Part shown: in pieces, positions 31,781 through 41,528 of the stretch
Layout of the letters: each line of letters begins with the position of its first letter
How positions within the stretch are numbered: the first letter of the stretch is position 1
NCBI GenBank assembly: GCA_036394755.1
Contig: DASWEL010000058.1
Span: forward strand, 15,827 to 79,826
Direction of reading: 5' to 3'
DNA length: 64,000 nucleotides
Source of the DNA: Gemmatimonadales bacterium
GTDB lineage: Bacteria; Gemmatimonadota; Gemmatimonadetes; Gemmatimonadales; GWC2-71-9
Position numbers and translations under genes: made by a program
Notes under the pieces: generated by a model
What the model saw: only the letters and a program-made list of their open reading frames with translations
Databases searched by the model: none
What the model was told of the DNA's origin: nothing

Positions 31781-32919
31781 ATCTGCACGAGTATCAGGCG
31801 CGGGACATTTTGCGAAAGCACGGCATCCCCGTGCCGCCGGGCGACGTCGCGACGACGCCGGCCGAGGCGCGCTGGATCGCCGAGCGCTTCGGCGGCAAGG
31901 TCGTCGTGAAGGCGCAGGTGCACGCCGGCGGCCGCGGGAAAGCGGGCGGCGTCAAACTCGCGGACGGAGCCGACGCCGCCACGACGGCGGCGTCCGCCAT
32001 CCTCGGGATGACGATCAAGGGCCTCACCGTCCACAAGGTGCTCGTCGCGCCAGCGGCGGAAATCGCCACCGAGAGCTACGTCGGGATCATCGTGGATCGC
32101 GCGTCGCAACGGCCGGTGCTGATTGTCAGTTCCGCCGGCGGCATCGACATCGAAGAAGTCGCGGCCAAGACACCGGAGAAAATCCATCGGATCGCGGTGG
32201 ACCCGCGATATGGTCTGCTGCCCCATCAAGCGCTGACGCTCGGCTTTGCGCTTTACACCGACGTGAAGCAGGCGCGTGCCGCCGCGGACATCATGCAGAA
32301 GCTCTACCACGTGGTCTATGCCGTCGGTGCATCGCTCGCGGAGATCAACCCGCTCGTCACAACTCCCGACGGGAGTGTCCAGGCGCTCGACGCCAAGATC
32401 TCCATCGACGACAACGAGCTCGAGCGCCGGCCGGAGATCGCCGCCCTTCGCGACGTCTCGGCCGAGGCCCCCGAGGAGGTCACCGCGCGAGAGGCGGGAC
32501 TCACGTTCATCAAGCTCGATGGCGACGTCGGCTGCTGCGTGAACGGCGCGGGCCTCGCGATGGCGACGATGGATCTGGTGAAGTACTACGGAGGCCAACC
32601 CGCCAACTTCCTGGACATCGGCGGCAGCTCGAACCCGCAGAAAGTCGTCGCCGCGCTGCGGATCATGACGTCGGACCCGCGAGTCAAGGTCATCCTCTTC
32701 AACATTTTTGGCGGCATCACCCGAGGCGACGACGTCGCGAACGGCATCGTTCAGGCCACCAAGGAGTTTCCGCTCAAGGTGCCGATCGTGATCCGACTGA
32801 CAGGCACGAACGAGCGGGCGGGCATTGCGATTCTCGAGCGGGCGGGATTCTCGGCATTGACGGACATGGACGAAGCAGTGAAGCAGGCGGTGGCCCTGTC
32901 CAAAGGAAAGGCCACTTGA
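31777..32919 (+). CDS. sucC: Succinyl-CoA synthetase (ADP-forming) beta subunit
   Basis: [21 protein letters not shown]-terminus and ATP-grasp layout. GTGA overlap with the arcC stop. Confidence 0.95.
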   Translation: MNLHEYQARDILRKHGIPVPPGDVATTPAEARWIAERFGGKVVVKAQVHAGGRGKAGGVKLADGADAATTAASAILGMTIKGLTVHKVLVAPAAEIATESYVGIIVDRASQRPVLIVSSAGGIDIEEVAAKTPEKIHRIAVDPRYGLLPHQALTLGFALYTDVKQARAAADIMQKLYHVVYAVGASLAEINPLVTTPDGSVQALDAKISIDDNELERRPEIAALRDVSAEAPEEVTAREAGLTFIKLDGDVGCCVNGAGLAMATMDLVKYYGGQPANFLDIGGSSNPQKVVAALRIMTSDPRVKVILFNIFGGITRGDDVANGIVQATKEFPLKVPIVIRLTGTNERAGIAILERAGFSALTDMDEAVKQAVALSKGKAT

Positions 32920-33785
32920 GCGTCTTCATCGATCGATCCACCCGCCTCGTCGTGCAGGGAATCACCGGCCGCGACGGATCGTTCCACGCGAAGCAGATGA
33001 TGGAGTACGGCACGAAGGTCGTCGCCGGTGTGACGCCAGGGAAGGGCGGCCAGCGGTTCGAGGACTCGGTCCCCGTATTCAACACCGTCGCCGAGGCCGT
33101 GCACGCTACCCAGGCGAATACATCGGTCATCTACGTACCGGCCGCGGTCGCCGCCTCCGCCATCTTCGAAGCCGCGGACTCAGGCATTGGGTTGATCATC
33201 TGCATCACCGAAGGGATTCCCGTCCTGGACATGACGCGCGCGCTACCGTTCGTGCATGAGCGAGGCGCGCGCCTGATCGGCCCGAACTGTCCGGGGCTGA
33301 TCTCGCCGGGCCAGAGCAAGGTCGGAATCATCCCCGGCAACATCTGCACGCCTGGGAAGATCGGCGTCGTGTCGCGCAGCGGCACGCTGACCTACGAGAT
33401 CGTGCACCAGCTCTCGACGCACGGGATGGGGCAATCGACGTGCGTCGGGATCGGCGGTGATCCCCTGATCGGCACGAACTTCGTCCACTGCCTCTCGGCC
33501 TTCGAGGCTGACCCCGAGACCGCCGCGATCGTGATGATCGGCGAGATTGGCGGCACGGACGAGCAGCAGGCGGCTGAATTCGTGAAAGAAAAGGTCAAGA
33601 AGCCGGTCGTTGGATTCATCGCCGGCCAGACCGCACCACCCGGGCGTCGCATGGGGCACGCCGGAGCGATCATTTCCGGTGCATCGGGCACGGCGGCCGA
33701 GAAGATGGCCGCGCTGGCGAAGGCGGGCATCAGCGTCATGAAGCGTCCCGCCGACGTCGTACCCCTACTGAAGGAGCGTCTGTAG
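32916..33785 (+). CDS. sucD: Succinyl-CoA synthetase alpha subunit
   Basis: TTG 32916 in a TTGA overlap. [19 protein letters not shown] and the phosphohistidine loop MGHAGAI. The ORF-track start 31728 is an artefact. Confidence 0.93.
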   Translation: MSVFIDRSTRLVVQGITGRDGSFHAKQMMEYGTKVVAGVTPGKGGQRFEDSVPVFNTVAEAVHATQANTSVIYVPAAVAASAIFEAADSGIGLIICITEGIPVLDMTRALPFVHERGARLIGPNCPGLISPGQSKVGIIPGNICTPGKIGVVSRSGTLTYEIVHQLSTHGMGQSTCVGIGGDPLIGTNFVHCLSAFEADPETAAIVMIGEIGGTDEQQAAEFVKEKVKKPVVGFIAGQTAPPGRRMGHAGAIISGASGTAAEKMAALAKAGISVMKRPADVVPLLKERL

Positions 33786-33789
33786 CAGC

Positions 33790-34200
33790 ATGCTGACCCT
33801 GGCCATCATCAAACCCGACGCCGTGGCGGCGAGACACACCGGCAAGATCATCGCACACCTCGAGGCCGAAGGCTTTCACATCCGCGAGGCCCAGATGGTG
33901 CGCTTGACTCAAGAACGCGCGGAATCGTTCTATGAAGTTCATCGGGAGCGGCCGTTCTTTCGGCCGCTCGTTTCGTTCATGACGTCCGGACCGGCGTTGG
34001 CCCTGGTGCTGGAGCGTGACGAGGCGGTCGGGCATCTGCGGAAAGTCATCGGGGCCACCGATCCAGCCCAGGCCGAGGCCGGGACCATCCGGCGACTCTA
34101 CGCCCAATCGAAGGAGCGCAACGCGATTCACGCCTCCGATTCGGCGGAGAATGCCGCACGCGAAGTGGCGTTTTTCTTCCCGGCGCGCGGTAAGCGCTGA
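33790..34200 (+). CDS. ndk: Nucleoside diphosphate kinase
   Basis: LAIIKPDAV, RPFF and NAIHASDS motifs. 136 aa. Confidence 0.95.
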   Translation: MLTLAIIKPDAVAARHTGKIIAHLEAEGFHIREAQMVRLTQERAESFYEVHRERPFFRPLVSFMTSGPALALVLERDEAVGHLRKVIGATDPAQAEAGTIRRLYAQSKERNAIHASDSAENAAREVAFFFPARGKR

Positions 34201-34205
34201 CGCCG

Positions 34206-34234
34206 TTGACGCAAGTACCACAAGGGTTTAGCTT
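34206..34234 (+). promoter_or_regulatory. Candidate sigma70-type promoter for the yceD-rpmF-plsX-fab operon
   Basis: TTGACG (34206-34211), 17-nt spacer, TAGCTT (34229-34234). The -10 ends only 8 nt before the yceD ATG (34243). Confidence 0.3.
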
Positions 34235-34242
34235 CGCTCACC

Positions 34243-34761
34243 ATGTTGCGAGTCGATCTGCGGGAGTTGGCCCAGGGTGGGGGGGGGGCCGTAGATACCC
34301 AGGGCGAGCTCAAGCAGGACGATCCGGCGCTGGAGGGCGTGGATATCAGCCTGCGGGAGCCCGTATCGGTCACGGGCAGGCTGCAATCCCTCGGTGAGGG
34401 GCGCTTCTACTGGCAGGGAACGGCACGCACGGTTGTCGAGGGCGAGTGCCGGCGCTGCCTGACCCCGGTGGCGACACCGTTGCAGTTGGAAATCGGGGCG
34501 TTGTTTACACAGGACCCGGAAGCAGTGGACGATCCCGATTCGTATCCGGTGGCGCCGGACGCGACGGAAATCGACGTGACGCCCGCCGTGCGCGAGGAGC
34601 TGTTACTCGCCGCGCCGAGGTACGTGTTATGCCGTGAGGACTGCAATGGATTCTGCCCGCAGTGCGGCAAGGATCTGAACGCCGGGCCCTGCGGATGTGC
34701 GCCCGCTGCCGACGCCCGCTGGCAGCCGTTGCAGGCGCTGAAGGACAAACTCCGCTCTTAA
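34243..34761 (+). CDS. yceD: YceD/DUF177 family protein
   Basis: Conserved position directly upstream of rpmF. Cys pairs CRRC and CPQC. Confidence 0.8.
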   Translation: MLRVDLRELAQGGGGAVDTQGELKQDDPALEGVDISLREPVSVTGRLQSLGEGRFYWQGTARTVVEGECRRCLTPVATPLQLEIGALFTQDPEAVDDPDSYPVAPDATEIDVTPAVREELLLAAPRYVLCREDCNGFCPQCGKDLNAGPCGCAPAADARWQPLQALKDKLRS

Positions 34762-34777
34762 CCTAAGGACGATCGTA

Positions 34778-34957
34778 ATGGCCGTACCGAAGCGCAGAAC
34801 CTCCAAGCGCAAGAAGCGCGCGCGCCGCACGCACTACAAGGCCGTGCGCCCCACGCTGCAGCCCTGCCCGCGCTGCGGCGACAGCAAACAGCCCCATCGC
34901 GTTTGCCCGACGTGCGGGTATTACAACGGCGAACAGCGAGTGACCGTCGAGGACTGA
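34778..34957 (+). CDS. rpmF: 50S ribosomal protein L32
   Basis: Not in the ORF track (59 aa). My translation: [64 protein letters not shown] Shine-Dalgarno upstream. Confidence 0.92.
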   Translation: MAVPKRRTSKRKKRARRTHYKAVRPTLQPCPRCGDSKQPHRVCPTCGYYNGEQRVTVED

Positions 34958-35964
34958 TGATCCGCATCGCGTTGGACGCGATGGGAAGTGACAACGCCCC
35001 TCAAGTCGAAGTGGAGGGCGCGGCGCAGGCGCTCACAGAGCTGCCCGGCGAATTCCAGATCCAGCTCGTTGGACGGAAGGCGGACATCGAGGCCGCGCTG
35101 GGCCGCGTCGGCGGGGTGGACCGCACGCGCATCGAGGTTGTCGACGCACCCGAAGTCGTGGGCATGGGCGACAAGCCCCTCGCGGCGATCCGCGGCAAGC
35201 CACGCTCGTCCATCGCCGTCGGGCTCAAGCTCCAGCAGAAGGGCAAGTCGGACGCCTTCATCTCGGCGGGGAACACCGGGGCCGTGCTGGCCGCGGCGAC
35301 GCTCTTGCTGCGCCTGCACCCCGGTGTGCAGCGGGCCGCAATCGGCGCGCTGTTTCCCAGCGCCGGTGAGCCCGTGCTCGTGGTCGACGGCGGCGCCAAC
35401 GTCGACTGCGACGCGCGCGAGCTGGTCGGCTTCGCCCACCTCGGGTCCGTGTACGCGCGCGACGTGCTGGGCCGCACTAATCCCACCGTCGGCCTGCTGA
35501 ACATCGGCGAGGAAGACGAGAAGGGAAACGCGGTCGTCAAAGAAGCCCACCAGCTCCTCAAGCAAACCCCCGGCATCCACTACATCGGCAACGTCGAAGG
35601 CCGCGACATCCCCGTCGCCGAAGCCCGCGGGCAGCGGCTCGACGTCGTGACGTGCGACGGCTTCGTCGGGAACGTCGTGCTCAAGTTCTACGAATCTGCG
35701 GGACGCGTCTTCGTCTCGCTCATCAAGCGCGAAGCTGCGGACGTGCTGCAGCGGCCGGAGATGGGGAACGTGCTGCAGGTGCTCGATTACGCGACGTACG
35801 GTGGCGCACCGCTGCTGGGCGTCCAGGGCGTCGTGATCATCTGCCATGGCGCCTCTCCCGCCAAAGCCATCAAGAATGCGATTCGGGTCGCGGCCCAGGC
35901 CGTGCGGAGCCATCTCTCCGACGACATCGCGGCCGAGTTTTCCGAGGGGAAGGTGCCCGCGTGA
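34957..35964 (+). CDS. plsX: Phosphate acyltransferase PlsX
   Basis: ATG 34957 overlaps the rpmF stop. [16 protein letters not shown]-terminus. Confidence 0.93.
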   Translation: MIRIALDAMGSDNAPQVEVEGAAQALTELPGEFQIQLVGRKADIEAALGRVGGVDRTRIEVVDAPEVVGMGDKPLAAIRGKPRSSIAVGLKLQQKGKSDAFISAGNTGAVLAAATLLLRLHPGVQRAAIGALFPSAGEPVLVVDGGANVDCDARELVGFAHLGSVYARDVLGRTNPTVGLLNIGEEDEKGNAVVKEAHQLLKQTPGIHYIGNVEGRDIPVAEARGQRLDVVTCDGFVGNVVLKFYESAGRVFVSLIKREAADVLQRPEMGNVLQVLDYATYGGAPLLGVQGVVIICHGASPAKAIKNAIRVAAQAVRSHLSDDIAAEFSEGKVPA

Positions 35965-36947
35965 AGCGTCCCTTCGCCGAGCTGTGGGGCACGGGCAGCT
36001 ATGCGCCGGCGCGCGTCATGACGAACGACGAGTTCTCGAAATTCCTCGACACCTCGGACCAGTGGATTCAGGAGCGCACCGGTATTCGCGAGCGGCGCGT
36101 CTCGAGCAAGGACGAGACGAACGCCTGCATGGGCAAGGCGGCAGCGCTGCAGGTGCTCGAGAAGACCGGGCTCACTCCCCTCGACATCGACGCCATCGTC
36201 TATGCGACCGCGTCGCCCGACCGGCTGCTCCCGTCTCAGGCGTGCGACCTGCAGGCAATCCTCGGTGCGAAGAATGCGGCGGCATTCGACGTCGGCGCCG
36301 CGTGCTCCGGGTTCATTTACGCACTCAGTACCGCCGAGGGCATCATCGCGGCCGAGCAGGCCGAGCACGTCCTGGTGATCGCCGCCGAGAAACTCACCAG
36401 CATCATGGACTGGAGTGACCGGACGACCGCGGTGTTGTTCGGCGACGGCGCCGGCGCAACCATCGTGCGGAAGAGCACGAACGGGCGGGGCATTCTCTCC
36501 GGCTATCTGAAGACCGACGGCACGCTGGCGGAGCTGTTGTACCGGCCGGGCGGCGGGGCGACGCATCCACCCAGTGAAGAGCTGCTGAAGGATCACAGTT
36601 ATTACATCAAGATGGCGGGCCGCGAAGTCTTCAAGGCCGCCGTCCTCTCGATGGCCGACGCCTGCGACCACGCGCTGCAACGCGCCGGTCTCGACGCCGG
36701 CGCCATCGATCTGCTGATTCCCCACCAGGCCAACATCCGCATCATCGAAGCCACGGCAAAGCATGCCGGCATGCCGATGGACAAGGTCTACGTCAACGTG
36801 GACCGCTTCGGCAACACATCGGCGGCGTCCATCGCGATCGCGCTCGACGAGGCCGTCAAGACCGGCCGCCTGAAGCCCGGCATGATCGTGATGCTGTGCG
36901 CCTTCGGCGCAGGCTTCACCTGGGGCAGCCTGGTCGTGCGGTGGTAA
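35961..36947 (+). CDS. fabH: 3-oxoacyl-ACP synthase III
   Basis: GTG 35961 in a GTGA overlap. Catalytic Cys (AACSGF), His (HQAN) and Asn (GNTSAAS). Confidence 0.93.
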   Translation: MKRPFAELWGTGSYAPARVMTNDEFSKFLDTSDQWIQERTGIRERRVSSKDETNACMGKAAALQVLEKTGLTPLDIDAIVYATASPDRLLPSQACDLQAILGAKNAAAFDVGAACSGFIYALSTAEGIIAAEQAEHVLVIAAEKLTSIMDWSDRTTAVLFGDGAGATIVRKSTNGRGILSGYLKTDGTLAELLYRPGGGATHPPSEELLKDHSYYIKMAGREVFKAAVLSMADACDHALQRAGLDAGAIDLLIPHQANIRIIEATAKHAGMPMDKVYVNVDRFGNTSAASIAIALDEAVKTGRLKPGMIVMLCAFGAGFTWGSLVVRW

Positions 36948-37879
36948 GCACGATCTGGCTCTGCCCGGGGCAGGGCGCGCAAAAAGTCGGCATGGGTAAA
37001 GATCTGGCGGAGCGGTTTCCCGCGGCGCGCGATGTCTTCGGCGCAATCGACGAAGCGCTCGGCACGGCGTTGTCGAAGCTCATGTTCGAGGGCCCCGAAG
37101 AGGACCTCACCGCGACGCAGAATACGCAGCCGGCGATTCTCGCGCACAGCGCCGCGGTGTTCGCGATCGTCGGAACGAAGGCGGGTGAACCCGTGGCCGC
37201 GGCGGGGCATTCGCTTGGCGAGTACTCGGCGTACGTCACGGCGGCCGCGCTGGCCGCGCCCGAAGCGGCCAAGCTGGTGCGGCGACGCGGCGAGCTGATG
37301 CAAAAGGCGGGTGAGGAGCGGCCGGGGACGATGGCTGCCGTACTCGGCCTCGCCACCAAGGAGGTCGAGGCGGCATGCGCGGAGGCGTCGCAACAGGCGA
37401 GCCTCGTGGTCGCCGCGAACATCAACGCGCCCGATCAGACCGTGATCTCGGGCGATCCCGAAGCCGTCACCCGCGCGGGCGAAGCGTGCAAGAAGCGAGG
37501 CGCCAAGCGCGTCATCGCGCTCAAAGTGAGCGGCGCGTTTCACTCGCCGTTGATGGCTCCGGCGCGGAATCACCTCCAGCTGTCGCTCGAGCGCGCCCAG
37601 TTCGCGGATCCAGCCTTCCCTGTGGTCGCCAACGCCACGGCGGAGGCGGTGAAAGACGCCGGCCGGGCGCGGCGCCTCCTCTCCGACCAACTCACGGCGG
37701 CGGTCCGTTGGGTAGAATGCATGGAGCACGCGGCGCGGCTCGGCGGCGCAGATGCGCGCTTCGTGGAAATCGGCCCGGGCGCCGTACTCGCGGGCCTCTT
37801 GAAGCGAATCGTCCCTGAGGCGAACGTGGTGAGCCTTGGCACGGCGGATGAGGTGACCAAGTTCATGGAAGCAGCGTGA
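36941..37879 (+). CDS. fabD: Malonyl-CoA:ACP transacylase
   Basis: CPGQGAQ and GHSLGEYSA motifs. GTG 36941. Confidence 0.92.
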   Translation: MVSTIWLCPGQGAQKVGMGKDLAERFPAARDVFGAIDEALGTALSKLMFEGPEEDLTATQNTQPAILAHSAAVFAIVGTKAGEPVAAAGHSLGEYSAYVTAAALAAPEAAKLVRRRGELMQKAGEERPGTMAAVLGLATKEVEAACAEASQQASLVVAANINAPDQTVISGDPEAVTRAGEACKKRGAKRVIALKVSGAFHSPLMAPARNHLQLSLERAQFADPAFPVVANATAEAVKDAGRARRLLSDQLTAAVRWVECMEHAARLGGADARFVEIGPGAVLAGLLKRIVPEANVVSLGTADEVTKFMEAA

Positions 37880-37937
37880 CTATATGACCACAGCTCGAAG
37901 GGCGGAAATAGACCCCGGGGAGCAAAGCGGGAATCGG

Positions 37938-38675
37938 ATGCAGCTTGATCTGACGGGGAAGGTTGCACTCGTTACGGGCGGAACGCGCGGGATTGGACAC
38001 GACATTTGCCGCGCCTTCATCGACGCGGGAGCCAAGGTCGCGCTCTGCTCCCGCGATGGCGCGGCGGCGGAGCAGTCGGCGAGCGCCTTCGGCGAGGGGA
38101 CGCGGGGCTACGCCTGCGACGTCGGCGTGAGCAGCCAGGTGGAAGCGTTCGCCAAGGCGGTCGAGAAGGACTTCGGTCAGATCGACGTGCTCGTCAACAA
38201 TGCGGGCTTCACCAAGGACAATCTGCTCTTTCTGCTGAGCGAAGCGGATTGGGATTCGGTCGTGGACACGAACCTCAAGGGCACGTTCCTGATGACCAAG
38301 TACGCCGCACGCGGCATGATCAAGCGGCGCTGGGGTCGCGTCATCAACATTACGAGCGTGGTGGGCCTGAACGGCAACAAGGGCCAATCGAATTACTCCG
38401 CTTCCAAGGCAGGGATCATCGGGTTCACCAAGTCCGTCGCCAAGGAGCTGGCCTCCCGCAACGTATTGGTGAATGCCGTCGCTCCGGGCTTTGTCGAGAC
38501 GGAGCTTACCGAGAACGTCTCCCCAGAAGCACGGAAGTACTTCCTGGACAACATTCCGCTGGGACGGCTGGGGCACAGCTCCGAAATTGCAGCCGCCGTC
38601 CTCTTTCTCGCCTCCGACTTAGCCAGCTACATTACGGGTCAGGTGCTGGTGGTCGACGGCGGGATGGTGATGTGA
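37938..38675 (+). CDS. fabG: 3-oxoacyl-ACP reductase
   Basis: MQLDLTGKVALVTGGTRGIG N-terminus and YSASKAG catalytic motif. The alternative ATG at 37884 would add 18 aa. Confidence 0.9.
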   Translation: MQLDLTGKVALVTGGTRGIGHDICRAFIDAGAKVALCSRDGAAAEQSASAFGEGTRGYACDVGVSSQVEAFAKAVEKDFGQIDVLVNNAGFTKDNLLFLLSEADWDSVVDTNLKGTFLMTKYAARGMIKRRWGRVINITSVVGLNGNKGQSNYSASKAGIIGFTKSVAKELASRNVLVNAVAPGFVETELTENVSPEARKYFLDNIPLGRLGHSSEIAAAVLFLASDLASYITGQVLVVDGGMVM

Positions 38676-38703
38676 GCTCCCTTACCTTCGCTGAGGGTTA
38701 CCC

Positions 38704-38961
38704 ATGGCAATGGACATGAAGCAGCTCGAAGAGAAGGTCAAAGACATTATCGTCGAAGAGCTTGGGGTCGAGCGCGACAAGCTCACCAACGACGCGAGCT
38801 TCATGGAAGACCTCGGGGCCGACAGCCTCGACACGGTCGAGCTGGTCATGGCCTTCGAGAAGGAATTCGACATCGACATCCCGGACGAAGAGGCGGAGAA
38901 GCTGCGCACCGTCGGGGCCGCGATGAACTATCTCCACGACAAGATGGGGAAAGCCAAATAG
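38704..38961 (+). CDS. acpP: Acyl carrier protein
   Basis: [13 protein letters not shown] phosphopantetheine attachment motif. Confidence 0.95.
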   Translation: MAMDMKQLEEKVKDIIVEELGVERDKLTNDASFMEDLGADSLDTVELVMAFEKEFDIDIPDEEAEKLRTVGAAMNYLHDKMGKAK

Positions 38962-40208
38962 TGACGCGCCCCCCCCGGCGGGTGGCGGTCACGGGGATGG
39001 GGCTCGTGACGCCGGTTGGAAACGATGTCGCGAGCACTTGGGCCGCCCTCGTCGCCGGGGAGTCGGGGGCGGGTCCGATCACCCGGTTCGATTCCGAGAA
39101 ACTGGCCGTGCACTTCGCCTGCGAAGTGAAGGGGTACGACCCCCTGCAGTACATCGACAAGAAGGAAGCCCGCCGCTACGACCTGTTCTCCCAGTTCGCC
39201 ATGGGCGCCGCCGTGCAGGCCGTGCGCGATTCCTGCCTCGAAAAAAGTCCGCTCGATCCCAAACGGATCGGTGTGATCATCGGCACCGGCACGGGTGGTA
39301 TCGCGACGTTCGAAGAGAACATGCGGATGTACATCGAGAAGGGACCGGACCGCGTGTCGCCCTTCTTCGTGCCGATGTTCATGGCCAACGTGGCCTCCGC
39401 CATCGTCTCGATGCGCTTCGGCTTCCAGGGACCGAACTACTGCACGGTGTCGGCCTGCGCGTCCTCCGGACATGCCCTCGGCGATGCGTTCGACCTGATC
39501 CGGGAAGGGAAGGCCGACGTCATGGTCGCCGGCGGGTCGGAAGCAGCCATCACCCCGCTGTCGATCGCCAGCTTCGCCAACATGAAAGCGTTGTCCACCC
39601 GCAACGACGACCCGAAGACCGCGAGCCGGCCGTTCGACCGGGACCGCGATGGGTTTGTGATGGGCGACGGGGCCGCGGTCGTGATCCTCGAGGAGTGGGA
39701 GCGTGCGAAGGGGCGGGGCGCGAACATCGTCGCCGAGATCGTCGGCTACGGCGCAACTGCCGACGCGCATCACATCACCGCGCCGGCGCCCGATGGATCG
39801 GGGGCGCAGGAAGCGATGCGATTGGCGATGCAGAGCGGCGGCATCCGCCCCGAGCAGGTCGGCTACATCAACGCGCACGGTACGTCCACGCCGCATGGCG
39901 ACGCGGCCGAGACGAACGCCGTGAAGGCCGTGTTCGGTGACCACGCGCGCAAGCTGATCTTCGGTTCGACCAAATCGATGAGCGGCCACCTGCTCGGCGC
40001 CGCCGGGGCGTTCGAGTTCGCCATCTGCGCGCTCGCGCTGCAGAACGGCGTGATCCCGCCGACGATCAATCAGTTCCATCCCGATCCCGCGTGCGATCTG
40101 GATTCGGCGCCGAATCATGCCGTCAAGCGCCAGGTCGACGTCGCCCTGTCGAACTCATTCGGGTTCGGAGGGCACAACGTGACGCTGGCGGTCAAGAGGG
40201 TCGCGTGA
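38961..40208 (+). CDS. fabF: 3-oxoacyl-ACP synthase II
   Basis: ACASSG, HGTSTP and GHLLGAAG motifs. GTG overlaps the acpP stop. Confidence 0.95.
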   Translation: MTRPPRRVAVTGMGLVTPVGNDVASTWAALVAGESGAGPITRFDSEKLAVHFACEVKGYDPLQYIDKKEARRYDLFSQFAMGAAVQAVRDSCLEKSPLDPKRIGVIIGTGTGGIATFEENMRMYIEKGPDRVSPFFVPMFMANVASAIVSMRFGFQGPNYCTVSACASSGHALGDAFDLIREGKADVMVAGGSEAAITPLSIASFANMKALSTRNDDPKTASRPFDRDRDGFVMGDGAAVVILEEWERAKGRGANIVAEIVGYGATADAHHITAPAPDGSGAQEAMRLAMQSGGIRPEQVGYINAHGTSTPHGDAAETNAVKAVFGDHARKLIFGSTKSMSGHLLGAAGAFEFAICALALQNGVIPPTINQFHPDPACDLDSAPNHAVKRQVDVALSNSFGFGGHNVTLAVKRVA

Positions 40209-41443
40209 GCCTCCGACCTATCGGCGACAAGGTCGAACGCGGCGAGCGATTGACGCGCGAGGATGGCCTCGCGCTTTTTGCATCTGCCGACTTGTTGAGC
40301 ATCGGGCGCCTCGCCGATCTCGCCAACCGACGGAAGAACGGCGACCGGGTCTACTTCGCAGCGAATCAGCACATCAATCCGACCAACGTCTGCATCCTGC
40401 GCAACACCTGCGTCTTTTGCTCCTTCGCGCGCATGCCGAAGGAGGACGGCGCCTACACGCGAAGCCTCGAGGAGGTCTTCGCCGAGGCCGACGCGGCGCG
40501 GGAAAATCCGACGCGCGAGTTCCACATCGTGGGCGGCCTGCATCCCAAGCTGCGGCTCGAGTATTACGTCGACATGTTCCGCGGCCTCAAAGCACGCCAT
40601 CCGCAGGTCATGATCAAGGCGCTGACCGCGGTCGAAGTCGCGCATCTGGCCCGGATCGAGGGCATGAGCACACGCGAGGTGTTGGTCGCGATGAAGGAAG
40701 CGGGCGTCAGCACGCTTCCCGGCGGCGGCGCCGAAGTGTTCTCGCCGGCGGCGCGGGCGACGATCGCCGACCGGAAGCTCACCGGCGACGAGTGGCTCGC
40801 CGTCCATCGCGAAGCCCATCAGCTCGGCATGCCGTCGAACTGCACGATGCTCTACGGCCATGTCGAAACGCTCGCGGACCGCGTGGACCATCTGCTGGCG
40901 CTGCGCGCCCTCCAGGACGAGACCGGCGGATTCCTCACGTATATCCCGCTCGCGTACCATCCCGACCACAACGAGCTGGGGGAGACGCTGGGACGCACGG
41001 GTACGGCCACCACCGGCTTTGACGACCTCAAGAACATCGCTGTGGGACGGCTGCTGCTCGACAACATCCCGCACGTGAAGACGCATTGGCCGATGGTGAC
41101 GCCGTTCATCTCACAGGTCGCTCTCACGTTCGGCTGCGACGACCTCGAGGGCACGGTCGTGTTCGAGCGCGTCTATCACGAGGCCGGCGCGCCCACCCCG
41201 ATGTGGCTGTCCTACGACGAGATTGTGACGCTGATCCGCGGGGCGGGGAAAGAGCCGGTCGAACGCGATTCGCTCTATCAAACTGTGCGGACGTTCGAGG
41301 GGTACGTGCCCAAGCCGAGCGGCCCGGCGGTGCGGCCCGATGGCCCGGCGCCACAGGGCGCGCTGTTCCAGATCGAGCATCGACACAGGGCTGCGGCTCG
41401 GCTCAGGCAACCAATGCCAACGGTCGTGGATGGTGCGGAATGA
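40205..41443 (+). CDS. mqnE: Radical SAM futalosine-pathway enzyme, most like aminofutalosine synthase MqnE
   Basis: GTG 40205 in a GTGA overlap. KVERGERLTREDGLALF N-terminus and CILRNTCVFCSF radical-SAM cluster. The MqnE versus MqnC assignment between the two paralogues is from memory and could be swapped. Confidence 0.7.
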   Translation: MSLRPIGDKVERGERLTREDGLALFASADLLSIGRLADLANRRKNGDRVYFAANQHINPTNVCILRNTCVFCSFARMPKEDGAYTRSLEEVFAEADAARENPTREFHIVGGLHPKLRLEYYVDMFRGLKARHPQVMIKALTAVEVAHLARIEGMSTREVLVAMKEAGVSTLPGGGAEVFSPAARATIADRKLTGDEWLAVHREAHQLGMPSNCTMLYGHVETLADRVDHLLALRALQDETGGFLTYIPLAYHPDHNELGETLGRTGTATTGFDDLKNIAVGRLLLDNIPHVKTHWPMVTPFISQVALTFGCDDLEGTVVFERVYHEAGAPTPMWLSYDEIVTLIRGAGKEPVERDSLYQTVRTFEGYVPKPSGPAVRPDGPAPQGALFQIEHRHRAAARLRQPMPTVVDGAE

Positions 41444-41527
41444 TCGACACTCTGAAGAGTGTCCCCAATAGATCACTGCCCTTAAAGGGCAGTGCATCAC
41501 TGGGCCCACGCTTGAGCGTGTGGACAC
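41444..41527 (+). repeat. Intercistronic three-hairpin repeat element, copy 1
   Basis: About 79% identical by hand alignment to 55727-55810. Hairpins: GACACTC/GAGTGTC (41446-41463), CACTGCCC/GGGCAGTG (41474-41494), CACGC/GCGTG (41507-41520). Confidence 0.75.
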
Positions 41528-41528
41528 C

